This document shows positions 16,011-25,523 of a stretch of DNA of 64,000 nucleotides, in pieces. Position 1 is the first letter of the stretch. Each line of letters starts with the position of its first letter. Both the position numbers and the translations under genes were made by a program. The stretch is from Bacilli bacterium (GTDB taxonomy: Bacteria > Bacillota_I > Bacilli_A > RFN20 > CAG-826), in contig JAFSUM010000024.1 in NCBI GenBank assembly GCA_017445245.1, positions 2,191 through 66,190 on the forward strand, written 5' to 3'. The notes beneath the pieces were generated by a model, which was not told where the DNA came from, did not search any database, and saw only the letters and a list, made by a program, of their open reading frames with translations.

Positions 16011-17030
16011 TCAAGCCTCTTCCGAGACTAAGTCTTCGTCTTTGCTCCCGTATTTTTTCAAAAGGAGGTAGGTCACGATGGCAACTCCGACCAACAAAAC
16101 GCCTCCGATGACGAATTGATACCATTCGTTTAGCGGTTTGGTGACGTAGACGAAATACATGTCATTGTTGACGAACATGGAGACGAGGGAACCCAAGATG
16201 AAACCGATGATGACGGTGAAGGTTCCGTGCCTATGCTTTGCTAAAAGCAGCTTCATTAATTTGGCCGTCGCCAGGAAGCCGATGAGCATGCCTAGAAGCA
16301 AAACCGCAATGATGAAAGCCCCGCTTCCGAAACGGCTTGTATCGTGAAAAATGGACAGATGGATGGAGCCATCTGGCATCGTCGTGTTCATGAACAGCCC
16401 GACGACGGGGATGTACAGGCCGAAAATGAACATGATCATGGAGCCCGAAATTCCTGGAACGAGGCAACTGACGGCGGAGAAAAGACCGACCGCGAAGACG
16501 ACCGCGAAAATCCATGGGCTTTGGAATGGGGCATCGATTTCGTCCATGAAGTCGAGGTCGAGCGAAATAATGCCTGCTTTTCCAAGAAAGGCGAGAACAC
16601 CGATCGCCGCGGCAAATAGGAAACCGAGCAAGATGCGGGTATAGTCGGCGAAGACCAATTTCCGGTCGCGGATTTCTTTTGTCATAAGGGGGAACGCCCC
16701 GATGACGAAACCCGCCAGAATCGAAATCATGACGAAGGGAAAATAGGGATAAGCGACTTTGTTCCAGAATAACAAGAGGAGGAAAGTGGCGGCAAGGCAG
16801 CCGATAGCGATTGGGATCAAGCCCAAAACCGACTGGACAAAGGTGTCCTTATGACGAAGTCCGTCGATGCAGGAAAGCAGTTTTCCATAGACGCTGACGA
16901 TAATGCCAACCGTCCCGACGCTGACACCGGGGAGAATCCCTAGGCCCAAGGTCGTTCCTCGGGCGCACAATCCAAACCATTCTTTCGTTTTCATGACGCC
17001 AATTTTCCACATATCGAAGCGAGATTTCAA
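16011..17030 (-). CDS. DUF368-family polytopic membrane protein (PopT-type polyprenyl-phosphate transporter family)
   Basis: Two internal repeats carrying the DUF368 signature: LPGVSVGTVG and VPGISGSMIM. About 10 TM segments. The start is uncertain (TTG 17030, ATG 17012 or ATG 16994). Confidence 0.75.
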   Translation of the reverse strand: MKSRFDMWKIGVMKTKEWFGLCARGTTLGLGILPGVSVGTVGIIVSVYGKLLSCIDGLRHKDTFVQSVLGLIPIAIGCLAATFLLLLFWNKVAYPYFPFVMISILAGFVIGAFPLMTKEIRDRKLVFADYTRILLGFLFAAAIGVLAFLGKAGIISLDLDFMDEIDAPFQSPWIFAVVFAVGLFSAVSCLVPGISGSMIMFIFGLYIPVVGLFMNTTMPDGSIHLSIFHDTSRFGSGAFIIAVLLLGMLIGFLATAKLMKLLLAKHRHGTFTVIIGFILGSLVSMFVNNDMYFVYVTKPLNEWYQFVIGGVLLVGVAIVTYLLLKKYGSKDEDLVSEEA

Positions 17031-17066
17031 TGTGTTCTCGCCTGTGTGAGCACAAAAGACCCTTCT

Positions 17067-17086
17067 TGTGATATTGTTTTCCCATG
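17067..17086 (+). promoter_or_regulatory. putative extended -10 promoter placed for a leaderless flavodoxin mRNA
   Basis: TGtGATATT (17067-17075), 8 nt gttttccc, ATG 17084. No SD. Confidence 0.35.
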
Positions 17087-17617
17087 CGAACTTTAATCAT
17101 TTATCAATCGAAAACAGGCAATACCGAAAAATACGCGAAAGACATTGCGAAGGCCGTAAATGCAGACGTCATCCCCTTCAAGAAATTCAAAGAGAAGATG
17201 ATCAAGGACTACGATACGATCGTCTTCGGTGGGCGCGTTATCGGCAACCGCATTCAGAAAATCGACGAATTCCTCCGCCACTATGAGGCTATGGAAGGCA
17301 AAAATGTCATTCTTTTCTCCGTCGGCATGTCTATCGTGACCAAAGAAACGCGTCTAAACATGATTTCCTCGAACCTATTAGACATGTATCACGTCCGTTA
17401 TTACCAACTCCGTGGATCGTTTGACTATGCGAAATTAGGCGGGCTCGAGAAGTTCATGTTTGCCAATTCGCTGCGCCTGATTTCCCGCGATCCGAATGCT
17501 ACCGCAGATCAAAAAATGCTTTTGGAAATCAAAGATCACCCCATCGAATTCTATGACAATGCGGGCGTAGAAAAGATCATCACAGTCCTCAACAAACTCT
17601 CCGTTCCCGAGGCATAA
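17084..17617 (+). CDS. flavodoxin-domain protein
   Basis: 177 aa. N-terminal LIIYQSKTGNTEKYA FMN-phosphate loop. Confidence 0.75.
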   Translation: MRTLIIYQSKTGNTEKYAKDIAKAVNADVIPFKKFKEKMIKDYDTIVFGGRVIGNRIQKIDEFLRHYEAMEGKNVILFSVGMSIVTKETRLNMISSNLLDMYHVRYYQLRGSFDYAKLGGLEKFMFANSLRLISRDPNATADQKMLLEIKDHPIEFYDNAGVEKIITVLNKLSVPEA

Positions 17618-17620
17618 AGA

Positions 17621-18178
17621 ATGAAACTGGTCGTCGGGCTAGGAAATCCGGGTAAGAAATATGAACAAACCCGTCACAACATGGGGTATCGCGTCATCGA
17701 TCGCCTCTGCGAGATTTTCTATTGCGATTTAGACCACGAAAAGTTCAACGGCCTTTTCACCGTTTGCAAGCACCACTCGTTGCCTGAGCCGGTAATTTTT
17801 GCAAAGCCGACCACGTTCATGAACCTTTCTGGCATGTTCGTCCGACCCTTGATGGAATACTTCGACATCGGATTAGAAGACCTCATCGTGATCTATGACG
17901 ACATGGCGATCCCAGAGGGCAAGATCCGCCTTCGACCCGCAGGTTCCAGTGGCAGCCATAACGGCATGAAGAGCATTATCGAAAACCTTAAAAGCGAGTC
18001 CTTCAAGCGCATCCGCGTTGGCATCGGAGAACCAGAATTCAAGGGTGTCGATTATGTGCTTGGCAAGCCGACTGGCGAGTCCGCCGTATTGGCCGACGAG
18101 GCGATTGAGAAAGCTGCTTTGGCGACAAAAGACGCCTTGCTCAACGGCTTTGATTTTGCGATGAATCACCATAACTAG
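17621..18178 (+). CDS. pth: peptidyl-tRNA hydrolase
   Basis: 185 aa. GLGNPGKKYEQTRHNMG signature. Confidence 0.95.
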   Translation: MKLVVGLGNPGKKYEQTRHNMGYRVIDRLCEIFYCDLDHEKFNGLFTVCKHHSLPEPVIFAKPTTFMNLSGMFVRPLMEYFDIGLEDLIVIYDDMAIPEGKIRLRPAGSSGSHNGMKSIIENLKSESFKRIRVGIGEPEFKGVDYVLGKPTGESAVLADEAIEKAALATKDALLNGFDFAMNHHN

Positions 18179-18186
18179 GAGGGGAT

Positions 18187-21100
18187 GTGAAAGACTTCCT
18201 AGATCGTATTTTCTCCCTTCCCGTGACCGAGCAGGTTTTGCAAGGAAACGGGCCTTTTGTCATAGAAGAAAATCTCGCTACAGGTATCCTTTTTGCAGGA
18301 ATTTTTCGTAAAAAACCCGCAAATTATGCGCTTTTATGTTCAAATCAATATAACGCGCAAAGGCTGTATGAATTCCTTTTAAATTTTTTAAACGAGAAAG
18401 ACGTAGTTTTCTTCCCGGGCGATGAACTTTTGCGGGCAGAATCAGTCGCCTCTTCCCGCGAGCTTTTGTCCCAACGTCTTTTCGCTTTAGGACAGCTTTT
18501 AGATGGACAACCGAAGATTCTTGTCACCCATCCTAGCGCCGTCTTGCGTTACCTTCCGAACCCGAAACGTTTTGTGGAGGAGACCTTTTTCCTTAGGGTC
18601 GGTGAGACCTACGACTTGGGTGAATTGAAACGCCGTCTTGTTGAGGTTGGATATCAAGCAAACAACCGCGTCGAGCGCTCTCTTCAATTTGCTTCTCGCG
18701 GCGATATCTTGGACGTTTATAGTGTTTCTTATCTCGACCCGATCCGTATCGAATTCTTTGGCGACGAAATCGAGTCGATCCGCACCTTTGACGTCCAAAC
18801 GCAGGAATCAAAACAGAATTTGATGACCTGCACCATCTTACCTGCCACGGATTTCTTTCTTAACGACGACGAGCTGTCCGAGTTCGCGATTCGGCTCAAA
18901 AAACAGATGGAAAACGATGAGGCCCTCCTCTCCCCTGCCGTTGCCGAATTGATGCATCAAAATGTTTCCGCAGACCTCGAAAGATTCATTAACCATGACT
19001 ATCGCAGCGAGCTGTATCGTTACTATGGTTTCGCTCTAGGGGAAGGCTTTTCGGTACTTCACTACCAAAAACCCGAGCTCATTTTCGTAGCAAATAAAGA
19101 CCAATTTGAGGAGTCCGCGAACCTCATCGGACAAGAGGCCAGCGACTTTCTTGGAGAGCTTCTATATAAAGGAAGAAGCATATCCAAGTTACGTCTATAC
19201 ATGGACTTTGCCAAGGCTCGCAACAACGGGTCAAGATTGGTGGTCTCGCACCCCTTCGCTTCAGGCCGAAACGACATCCTTTTCTCAGCCCACAAGATTG
19301 CGGTGCTAGGGCGGTCGGTATCGTTTGTTTTGCCACTGATTCAAACGTATTTGGCGACCTGCGAGAAAGTCGTTTTATCCGTTCCGGACATCCGTCAAAA
19401 AGAAGCGATTAAAACTCTTTTGGTTGACAATTCTATACCATTTGAAGAAGTCAAAGGTTATGCCCTACCAAAAGGTCAGGTTGGTATTACAGAAGAGGCG
19501 TTGAACGAGGGGTTTGAGATACCCTCTATCAAGCTCGCTTTTATTTCCTCGAATGAGCTATTTGGCAAGCGTCATGTCGCCTCACGTTTTACCTCTAGGT
19601 TCAAGAACGCCACGATTCTAAAAAGTTATGAAGATCTTAAGCCTGGCGATTATGTCGTCCATGAGTATAACGGTATCGGCCAGTTCGTCTCGGTAACGAC
19701 CATTGAGGTTGAGGGCGTTCATCGTGACTTCTTGAAGATTGCTTATGCCGGGGAAGAAATCCTTTATGTTCCGCTAGAGCAATTCCGATTAGTCCGCAAA
19801 TACGCAGGAAGAGAAGGCGCGGCCCCAAAACTCTCACATCTCAGCTCAAAAGAATGGGAAAAGCGCAAAAACTCAATAAAAAAACGCGTAAATGAGTTAG
19901 CGGACCGTTTGCTCGAATTATATCGAAATAGAGCCTCTTTGCAGGGGTTTGCATTTCCTGAGGACGACGATTTGCAGCGAAATTTTGAATCTGAATTTCC
20001 CTACGAATTAACGCCGGATCAGCAAAAAGCCTGCAAAGAGATAAAAGAAGACATGGAAAAACCCGAAATCATGGATCGCTTGCTTTGCGGCGATGTTGGT
20101 TTCGGAAAAACGGAAGTCGCTTTCCGCGCGGCGTTCAAGGCTATCTCTGCAGGCAAGCAAGTTGCCATTCTTTGCCCCACCACTCTTCTCGCGCGTCAAC
20201 ATTATGAGGTGGCCCAAAACCGCTTTGCTTCTTATGGCGTGAGGATGGCCCACTTCTCCCGCCTGGTGCCCGAGGCGGAGCAAAAAAAGAGCATGGCAGA
20301 AATCGCCGAGGGCAAGATTGATCTCATCGTCGGAACGCATCGTCTTTTATCCAAAGATTTAACCTTCAAAGATCTTGGTTTGTTGATCGTCGATGAGGAA
20401 CAAAGATTCGGTGTTGAACAGAAGGAACGAATCAAGGAAATCAAATCTACGGTTGACGTTTTAACGTTATCTGCAACACCCATTCCTAGAACTCTCCAGA
20501 TGTCGCTTGTTGGCATCCGTCCAATCAGTGAAATCACGACCGCCCCAGTGAACCGAATGCCCATCCAAACTTATGTCATTCCGCAAAAGGATCCTGTCGT
20601 TGAAGAACTCATTCAACGGGAGCTTTCGCGGCACGGCCAAGTGTTCTATGTTCATAACAAAGTCGAGACGATTTATCACGTCGCATCTCGCCTGGCAGGA
20701 CGCCTTCCTTTGGCTTCCGTTGGGGTAGTTCATGGGCAAATGGACCGCGAAACAATTGAGGACGTTATGGAGCGTTTTTACGATGGTCAAATCAACGTTT
20801 TGGTCTGCACCTCCATCGTCGAAAACGGCATCGATATTCCAAACGCGAACCTCATCGTGGTCGAAAACGCGAACCAGTTCGGCTTGAGCCAGCTTTATCA
20901 AATCAAGGGCCGCGTCGGGCGCGGCGACCGCATCGCTTATGCTTATTTGCTCTACAAGGAAGGCAAACAAATGACCGAAGACGGTAGAAAAAGGCTTCAA
21001 GCGATTCAAGAATTCACCGAACTCGGGTCAGGTTTTAAGATTGCCCAACGCGACCTCATGATTCGCGGAGCAGGCGATATGCTGGGCCCGGAACAAGCCG

Positions 21101-21660
21101 GTTTCATCGATACCGTTGGCCTCGATCTCTATTTGAAAATGCTTCATGAAGCCATCGAAGAGAAAACAACTGGGATACCGGTCGAACCGCCTGTTCCCAA
21201 GAAACTATTCTCTATCGATGCCTACATCCCCTCCTCCTACGCCCCAGAGTCCGATAAGGTCCAACTTTATCAAGAATTGGAGGCGGTTTCGGACGAAAAA
21301 GGATTGCTCGCCTATAGGCGGAAGATGCAAGACATCTATGGCCGCCTTCCCGAAGAAGTCGAACTCATCATTCAAAAGAAACGCGTGGATCTCCTCGGAG
21401 AATACGAAGAATTCGCCTCAATCGATGAGAAACCTCAAAGGGTCGATATTACCCTTTCCTCGATGTTTACGCGTGTTGATGGTATTGGCACAGCCCTTTT
21501 CGATAGCCTAGTCCCCTACTTGTCTTCGATTCGTGTCAGCTATGCTGATAAACGCCTTCAGATTATGGTCAGCAAGAAAGAAGGCTGGATAAACCTCCTC
21601 GAAAAAGTCCTTCGACTCATCCACAAGACGTATTTGAAATACACCGAAAAAGCCAATTAA
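18187..21660 (+). CDS. mfd: transcription-repair coupling factor Mfd
   Basis: 1157 aa with GTG start 4 nt after AGGAGG. CarD/RID region (DYVVHEYNGIG), helicase motifs GDVGFGKTEVA and VDEEQRFG, TRG-type RGRVGRG. Confidence 0.95.
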   Translation: MKDFLDRIFSLPVTEQVLQGNGPFVIEENLATGILFAGIFRKKPANYALLCSNQYNAQRLYEFLLNFLNEKDVVFFPGDELLRAESVASSRELLSQRLFALGQLLDGQPKILVTHPSAVLRYLPNPKRFVEETFFLRVGETYDLGELKRRLVEVGYQANNRVERSLQFASRGDILDVYSVSYLDPIRIEFFGDEIESIRTFDVQTQESKQNLMTCTILPATDFFLNDDELSEFAIRLKKQMENDEALLSPAVAELMHQNVSADLERFINHDYRSELYRYYGFALGEGFSVLHYQKPELIFVANKDQFEESANLIGQEASDFLGELLYKGRSISKLRLYMDFAKARNNGSRLVVSHPFASGRNDILFSAHKIAVLGRSVSFVLPLIQTYLATCEKVVLSVPDIRQKEAIKTLLVDNSIPFEEVKGYALPKGQVGITEEALNEGFEIPSIKLAFISSNELFGKRHVASRFTSRFKNATILKSYEDLKPGDYVVHEYNGIGQFVSVTTIEVEGVHRDFLKIAYAGEEILYVPLEQFRLVRKYAGREGAAPKLSHLSSKEWEKRKNSIKKRVNELADRLLELYRNRASLQGFAFPEDDDLQRNFESEFPYELTPDQQKACKEIKEDMEKPEIMDRLLCGDVGFGKTEVAFRAAFKAISAGKQVAILCPTTLLARQHYEVAQNRFASYGVRMAHFSRLVPEAEQKKSMAEIAEGKIDLIVGTHRLLSKDLTFKDLGLLIVDEEQRFGVEQKERIKEIKSTVDVLTLSATPIPRTLQMSLVGIRPISEITTAPVNRMPIQTYVIPQKDPVVEELIQRELSRHGQVFYVHNKVETIYHVASRLAGRLPLASVGVVHGQMDRETIEDVMERFYDGQINVLVCTSIVENGIDIPNANLIVVENANQFGLSQLYQIKGRVGRGDRIAYAYLLYKEGKQMTEDGRKRLQAIQEFTELGSGFKIAQRDLMIRGAGDMLGPEQAGFIDTVGLDLYLKMLHEAIEEKTTGIPVEPPVPKKLFSIDAYIPSSYAPESDKVQLYQELEAVSDEKGLLAYRRKMQDIYGRLPEEVELIIQKKRVDLLGEYEEFASIDEKPQRVDITLSSMFTRVDGIGTALFDSLVPYLSSIRVSYADKRLQIMVSKKEGWINLLEKVLRLIHKTYLKYTEKAN

Positions 21661-21687
21661 GGCACAATATCCCTAATAAGGGAATTG

Positions 21688-21706
21688 TGGTAACATTGTC
21701 CTAATG
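21688..21706 (+). promoter_or_regulatory. putative extended -10 promoter placed for a leaderless yabO/rqcP mRNA
   Basis: TGgTAACAT (21688-21696), 7 nt tgtccta, ATG 21704. No SD. Confidence 0.3.
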
Positions 21707-21979
21707 AGAGTGGATAAATTCCTCAAAGTTTCTCGTTTGATTAAACGCCGGGAGGTCGCAAAAGAACTCTGCGACGCCGGTTATGTAAAGGTCAACGGCA
21801 AGGAAGCCAAGCCGTCTTGCGAGATTAACGAAGGGGATGAAATCACCTTGCGCCTGGGGCGACGAACTCTCACCATCAGGGCGCTTTCCCTTCTTCCTTA
21901 TGCCGGGAAGGATAAAGCGGCCTCCATGTACGAAGTCATCCAAGACGAACGCGAAAATCGAGGTACCGTCGATGCTTAA
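21704..21979 (+). CDS. rqcP: S4-domain RNA-binding protein (YabO/RqcP, Hsp15-like)
   Basis: 91 aa. MRVDKFLKVSRLIKRR S4 N-terminus. Lies downstream of mfd as yabO does in Bacillus. Confidence 0.8.
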   Translation: MRVDKFLKVSRLIKRREVAKELCDAGYVKVNGKEAKPSCEINEGDEITLRLGRRTLTIRALSLLPYAGKDKAASMYEVIQDERENRGTVDA

Positions 21980-23228
21980 TTTCAAGTTCAGCAACAAAGC
22001 GAAATACTTATGTGCCTGCACGTATGGCCCGGAGTCCATGGCCCTTGTGGACATGATTCAAAAAGAAGGAATCAAGCCCATTGTCGTCTGTATTAACTAT
22101 CACCAGTTTGAAAACACTACGGACGATTACATCCAATTGGCCTCCTATTGCGGCCAAAAGGGATTGATCTTCGAGTATTTGGACGCCAAATCCCTGCCCG
22201 AAGAAGAGGCCTATCACGAAGGCGATAATTTCAAAGCCTGGGCCAGAGCCCTTCGTTATCGTTTCTTCAAGCAGGTCTACACAAAGCATAAAGCGGCCGG
22301 CCTTTTCATCGCGCATACGCAGGATGACCTCCTCGAACTTTACATCATGCAGCGCGACCATAACGTCAAAGGCGCGGACTATGGCATGTCTGAAATCAAT
22401 GAACTGGATGGCATGATCGTCATCCGCCCGTTGCTGCGCTACACGAAGCAAGACCTCTTCGAATACAACGAAGAGAATCACGTCCCCTTCTCCCGCGCAA
22501 AGGAAGATTATGAAAACCAGTTCGTCCGCAACGAGATCCGCACCAAGATCAACGCTCTTTCCGAGATTGAGCGCGAAAACCTTATCAACAGCATGCTTTA
22601 CGAAAAGGCGGATAAGTTTGAATTGGTCCAAGACTTCCGCGCCTCCATCGACGAGGGCGAAGAGCTTGAGATTCGTCCCCTTATCGCTTTGGCACCAGAC
22701 GAATTCATGACTGCTGTTTCGCACTTTGTTTCCAAGGCGATCGAAACGGTTGTTTTGGAGCCGGAAGATTTCGCAAATATCCGCAAATTCTGCTTAACTC
22801 CCGTGCCTTACGCGACTTTACACCTCGATGGCGACATTTATCTGATTAAACAGTACGATGTGCTCCTTCTAGGCAGGAATTACGAGGAAATTGTTTACGA
22901 ATATACTTTGGAAAAGCCTGGAACCTTGAAGAACGATTACTTCGAGCTTGACTTCTCGATGGGCGCCGAAGATCGTGGCATTCATGATTCAGACTACCCG
23001 ATCACCATCCGCACCGCGAAACCCTCGGATCGCTTCATGGTCCATGGTTATCTCGAATCCGTTCACTTGCTCTATTCGACCTGGAAAATGCCACCGCGGC
23101 TTCGCGGCCTATGGCCGATCTTCATCAACAAAGACGGCAAAGTCGTCTATGTTCCCCGTTATCGCCGCTACTTCCGCGAGTACCACACATCCATATTACA
23201 TATGAATGTGACGGACGATGAGAAGTAA
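21972..23228 (+). CDS. tilS: tRNA(Ile)-lysidine synthase-like protein with a divergent PP-loop
   Basis: 418 aa. TilS-like central motifs (AHTQDDLLELYIMQ, IRPLL, VRNEIR) and a position upstream of ftsH. Start set at ATG 21972, overlapping the yabO stop. The ORF-track start 21837 lies inside yabO. Confidence 0.7.
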   Translation: MLNFKFSNKAKYLCACTYGPESMALVDMIQKEGIKPIVVCINYHQFENTTDDYIQLASYCGQKGLIFEYLDAKSLPEEEAYHEGDNFKAWARALRYRFFKQVYTKHKAAGLFIAHTQDDLLELYIMQRDHNVKGADYGMSEINELDGMIVIRPLLRYTKQDLFEYNEENHVPFSRAKEDYENQFVRNEIRTKINALSEIERENLINSMLYEKADKFELVQDFRASIDEGEELEIRPLIALAPDEFMTAVSHFVSKAIETVVLEPEDFANIRKFCLTPVPYATLHLDGDIYLIKQYDVLLLGRNYEEIVYEYTLEKPGTLKNDYFELDFSMGAEDRGIHDSDYPITIRTAKPSDRFMVHGYLESVHLLYSTWKMPPRLRGLWPIFINKDGKVVYVPRYRRYFREYHTSILHMNVTDDEK

Positions 23229-23233
23229 ATAAG

Positions 23234-23261
23234 TTGACAACGTTGTTATCTACCCTAAATT
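23234..23261 (+). promoter_or_regulatory. putative sigma-A-type promoter of ftsH
   Basis: TTGACA (23234-23239), 16 nt, TAAATT (23256-23261). Confidence 0.5.
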
Positions 23262-23297
23262 TATGTGCACCCACTTTTAGTGGAGAAAGGAGTTTTT

Positions 23298-25430
23298 ATG
23301 AATGATGGAAACACCCCAAGAAGAAGTCGCTTTGGCTTCTTAATCCCCTTTCTACTGCTGGCCCTTGGCATCGGCCTGTTTATTTATCTTTTCGCCGGCA
23401 ACCTGTTCTCGAGCACCCAAAACATCGATGTCGTGGAGCTCGAAAACACCGTTCTCCGTTACAAACTCAACGAGACGAAGGATTCTTACGAATACGAGAA
23501 TTACTATGTAAAAGACAAGAAGATGCTCTACGCATATTCGGTTACCCGCAGTTACAAAACTGTCGGCGTCACCGGTGCGTATATCATCCATACCTCTGGC
23601 GGAAACACCAACTATGGTACCTTCTTCGTCCGTATCGACGAGACAGAATGGGACAAAGGCTATAGCTATAACGGCATCGTTCACGAGGCCTATGTCGACG
23701 TCTTCGAACACCGCTTAACTGATGCACGTACCTTCAATTGGACCAGCATCGGCATCAAACAGCCGACCATTTCCAACTCCAACGCAGACGCCTTCGAAAG
23801 CAATCCGTGGGAGTCCTGGTTACCGACCATCATCATCGGCGTCCTCGTCGTCGGCGTTTCGATTTTCATCATGTCGCGTCTAAGCAATTCGATCAGCGGC
23901 GCGAACAATTCAGTCAATTCATTCAACAAATCACCTGCGCGTCGCGCGGATTCGAGCAAGGTCCGCTTTGCGGACGTTGCTGGCTGCGACGAAGAGAAAG
24001 CCGAAATGGTGGAACTTGTCGAATATCTCCGCGATCCGAAGAAATACGCCAAGTTCGGCGCGAGGTTGCCTAAAGGTATTCTCCTTATCGGCCCTCCGGG
24101 CACTGGTAAAACCCTCTTGGCCAAGGCCGTTGCAGGTGAAGCAGGAGCCCCGTTCTTCTCAATCTCCGGTTCCGACTTCGTCGAAATGTACGTCGGTGTC
24201 GGCGCGGGTCGTGTCCGCGACCTCTTCCGCCAGGCGAAAGCAGCCGCCCCATGTCTTATCTTTATCGATGAAATCGATGCCGTTGGCCGTCAGCGTGGCG
24301 CTGGCTTAGGCGGTGGCAATGATGAACGCGAACAGACCCTTAACCAGTTGCTTGTCGAGATGGACGGCTTCGAACCCAATTCGGGCATTTTGGTCATCGC
24401 CGCGACCAACCGCGATGACGTCCTTGACCCTGCTCTTCGTCGTGCGGGCCGTTTCGATAGAACCGTCACCGTTTCCTTGCCGGATAAAAACGGCCGTGAA
24501 GCCATTCTTAAAGTGCATGCCAGAAACAAAACCATGGCACCAGGTGTCGATTTTGGCGCCCTTGCTAAGCGTACCGTTGGCTTCTCTGGCGCGGACCTTG
24601 AAAACGTCCTTAACGAGGCTGCAATCCTTGCCGTACGCGGCAACAAACCCGCGATTGGCATCGAAGAAATCGATGAGGCCATCGATCGCCGTATCTCTGG
24701 CCCTGCGAAGTCTTCTAAGGGCATGTCTGAGAAGGAGCGGAAGCAGGTCGCCTACCACGAAGCGGGCCATGCCGTTATCGGCATTAACCTCCCCTATTCG
24801 GATAAGGTCCAGAAAATCACCATTGTCCCGCGTGGAAACACGGGCGGCCATGTCTTGATGACTCCCGAGGACGATCGCTTCCTAATGACCAAAAACGAGC
24901 TTTTAGCTCGTATTACGGGCCTCCTTGGTGGCCGTACTTCCGAAGAAATCTTCTTCCAGGATGTTTCGACGGGTGCCTCCAACGATATCGAACAGGCTAC
25001 ACGTCTAGCGCGTTTGATGGTTACCGAATTCGGCATGTCCGAACTCGGCCCCATTCAGTATGAGCGTGACACGGGTTCTGTGTTCCTTGGCCGTGATTAC
25101 ACGTCCACGCAGCGTAACTTCTCGACCCAGATCGCTTTCGAAATTGATAAGGCGGTCCGGAAAATCATCGATGAGGCGCACGCGGATGCCATCCGTTTGC
25201 TCAACGAGCATAAGGATCAGGTGATTCTCATCGCCGAGACTCTCCTCGATAAGGAAACCATCACCGCAGAGGAAATCGAATCCCTCTGCAAGACGGGAAA
25301 ACTTCCCAAAAAGGAAGCTCCGAAAGAGGAGAAGCCCGTTGAAGAATCTGCTCGGGTCGAAGGGGAAGAGGCTCCTAAAGAAGAGCCTCAAAAGCCCGAA
25401 GAAACGCCTTCGGAACCAAAAGCTAAATAA
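23298..25430 (+). CDS. ftsH: ATP-dependent zinc metalloprotease FtsH
   Basis: Walker A GPPGTGKT, Walker B IFIDEID, SRH region, zinc site HEAGHA. Start set at ATG 23298, preceded by GGAGAAAGGAG. The ORF-track GTG 23265 is upstream of that SD. Confidence 0.95.
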   Translation: MNDGNTPRRSRFGFLIPFLLLALGIGLFIYLFAGNLFSSTQNIDVVELENTVLRYKLNETKDSYEYENYYVKDKKMLYAYSVTRSYKTVGVTGAYIIHTSGGNTNYGTFFVRIDETEWDKGYSYNGIVHEAYVDVFEHRLTDARTFNWTSIGIKQPTISNSNADAFESNPWESWLPTIIIGVLVVGVSIFIMSRLSNSISGANNSVNSFNKSPARRADSSKVRFADVAGCDEEKAEMVELVEYLRDPKKYAKFGARLPKGILLIGPPGTGKTLLAKAVAGEAGAPFFSISGSDFVEMYVGVGAGRVRDLFRQAKAAAPCLIFIDEIDAVGRQRGAGLGGGNDEREQTLNQLLVEMDGFEPNSGILVIAATNRDDVLDPALRRAGRFDRTVTVSLPDKNGREAILKVHARNKTMAPGVDFGALAKRTVGFSGADLENVLNEAAILAVRGNKPAIGIEEIDEAIDRRISGPAKSSKGMSEKERKQVAYHEAGHAVIGINLPYSDKVQKITIVPRGNTGGHVLMTPEDDRFLMTKNELLARITGLLGGRTSEEIFFQDVSTGASNDIEQATRLARLMVTEFGMSELGPIQYERDTGSVFLGRDYTSTQRNFSTQIAFEIDKAVRKIIDEAHADAIRLLNEHKDQVILIAETLLDKETITAEEIESLCKTGKLPKKEAPKEEKPVEESARVEGEEAPKEEPQKPEETPSEPKAK

Positions 25431-25451
25431 GCGTCAATATAAAACGAGATT

Positions 25452-25491
25452 AAGGCGAGTGACTATCCCTATCCAAGGAGGCGCTCGCCTT
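25452..25491 (+). other. hairpin between ftsH and dusB (weak terminator or processing site)
   Basis: AAGGCGAG (25452-25459) pairs with CTCGCCTT (25484-25491) around a 24-nt loop. No clean T-run follows. Confidence 0.25.
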
Positions 25492-25523
25492 GTCTCTATT
25501 TACAGGGAAACTGGGAGACAACA

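Noticed and set aside
21661-21690. Hairpin CACAATATCCC-taataa-GGGAATTGTG after mfd as an intrinsic terminator
   Set aside because: A 10-bp stem with one bulge is present, but no T-run follows, and it overlaps the putative extended -10 region of yabO. Its function is ambiguous, so it is not called as a terminator.
21837-23297. Longer ORF-track starts for tilS (21837) and ftsH (GTG 23265), and similarly for marR (26927), the rluA-type gene (43581), the first PII-like gene (46312), hsp20 (34675), the TetR gene (15881), glmU (5299) and the second ABC gene (29326)
   Set aside because: In each case the extension overlaps the upstream gene, an SD, an operator or a promoter. An internal ATG with proper SD spacing or a family-typical N-terminus is available. 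Coordinates were trimmed accordingly.
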